A stretch of 64,000 nt of DNA from Malacoraja senta (Eukaryota). The stretch spans positions 26,538,001 to 26,602,000 of the forward strand of contig CM075987.1 in NCBI GenBank assembly GCA_038087875.1, read 5' to 3'. Made by a program: the position numbers and the translations under genes. Below the pieces are notes generated by a model, which was given only the letters and a program-made list of their open reading frames with translations, was not told the origin of the DNA and ran no database searches. Positions within the stretch are counted from its first letter, which is position 1. Every line of letters starts with the position of its first letter. This document shows positions 62,801 through 64,000 of the stretch, piece after piece.

Positions 62801-63422
62801 ACCGAAGATAGACACAAAATGCTTTCGTAACCCGTCTGAAGAATGTTTTCGACCAGAAACGTCACCTATTCCTTTTCTCCTGACCCTGAGATGCAGCCTG
62901 ACCCACTGAGTTGTTCCCTGTGCAAATCAGTATTCACAGTGCCTTGTTTGTACACGTTTCCTTTGTCCACTCCCCCACCCCCTTTCTTCACATCACTGTC
63001 CTAACTTGGCTTCCAATTCTCGAATCCTTTCATGGCTTTCTGCTTATCTGCAAATTCTAGCAATCCGTTGAAAGGATGTAATGCAATAACTGGGGTTGCG
63101 ATAAGATCAAGCTGCCATTATGTAACCTAACCTCTTGCTTTGTGACTCAGATCACAATTAAGGGTTGATTTCCTGGCATGTGGAATAGTTTTCAATTACC
63201 GTCAACGGGAAGGATTTGTAATTCAGATTAAGAGTGTTTTACCAAGCCTAATGAGTTGTAACATCGGAGATTGTGGATTTGCAGACACTTTTCTCAAATT
63301 CAATTTAACAAAAATGTTTTTAGAAATCAGGGCAGATAAAGAGGGAAGGATGTCACAACTCAAGGATAATGGCAGAAATAAATAATAATATCAAAAGCAA
63401 CTTATAGGTAGAATCTGGGAGG

Positions 63423-63712
63423 AGGGCAGCACGGTGGTGCAGTGGTAGAGTTGCTGCCTCACAGACCCGGGTTCGATCCCGACTACGGACGCTGTCAGTA
63501 CGGAGTTTGTACGTTCTCCCTGTGTCCTGCGTGGATTTCTCCAAGATCACTGGTTTCCTTCCACACTCCAAAGACGAGCAGGTTTGTAGGTTAATTGGCT
63601 AGGTATAAATGTAAATTGTCCCTAGTGTGTGTAGGATAGTGTTAATGTGCAGGGATCGCTGGGCTGAAGGGCCAGTTTCCGCGCTGTATCTCTAACCTAA
63701 ACTAAATTAAAC
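63423..63712 (+). mobile_element. HE1-type V-SINE
   Basis: Head, V-domain and tail present. Confidence 0.8.
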
Positions 63713-64000
63713 TATGAACATATTTTGCAACACATAAACTTGCCGACTTTGACATCACCGAAGGCCACAGATAAAGAGCCAGATTTCTGTTTCAGTATGT
63801 GTGTCATGCGTGTGATAATGGCCTGGCTTGCCTGCGCTTGATCCATATCCTTCCAAACCTGTCCTGTCCATGTACCTGTCTAACTGTTTTTTAAACGTTG
63901 GGATAGTCCCAGCCTCAAATACTTCCTCTGGCACCTTGTTCCATTCACCCACCACCCTTTGTGTGAAAAAGTTAACCCTCGGATGCCTATTAAATCTTTT

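Overview
Repeat-dense vertebrate genomic DNA, most likely from a cartilaginous fish (skate or ray); this is inferred from abundant HE1-type V-SINEs and HER1/CR1-type LINE 3' ends. The only host coding sequence I can support is one 191-bp internal exon of BRINP1 (DBC1/FAM5A, MACPF domain) on the minus strand at 51851-52041, so most or all of the window is probably BRINP1 intron. There are two 200-N assembly gaps. The rest is a nested mosaic of mobile elements: HE1 SINEs; CR1, L2, Rex1/Babar, Vingi, HERO-like and L1/Tx1-like LINE fragments; a Gypsy remnant; Penelope-like elements (one GIY-YIG fragment plus many inverted terminal-repeat palindromes carrying a hammerhead-like core); and PIF/Harbinger, hAT and P-like MITEs. 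The most striking observation is a 166-bp TSD-flanked retroposon (61714-61879, minus strand, sense to BRINP1). Its first 52 nt fold by hand into a minimal HDV-like ribozyme whose core matches the mammalian CPEB3 ribozyme as I recall it. All family names come from recall of consensus features, not from database searches. Almost all ORFs in the supplied track are repeat-derived or spurious. Repeat boundaries are approximate unless a TSD is given.
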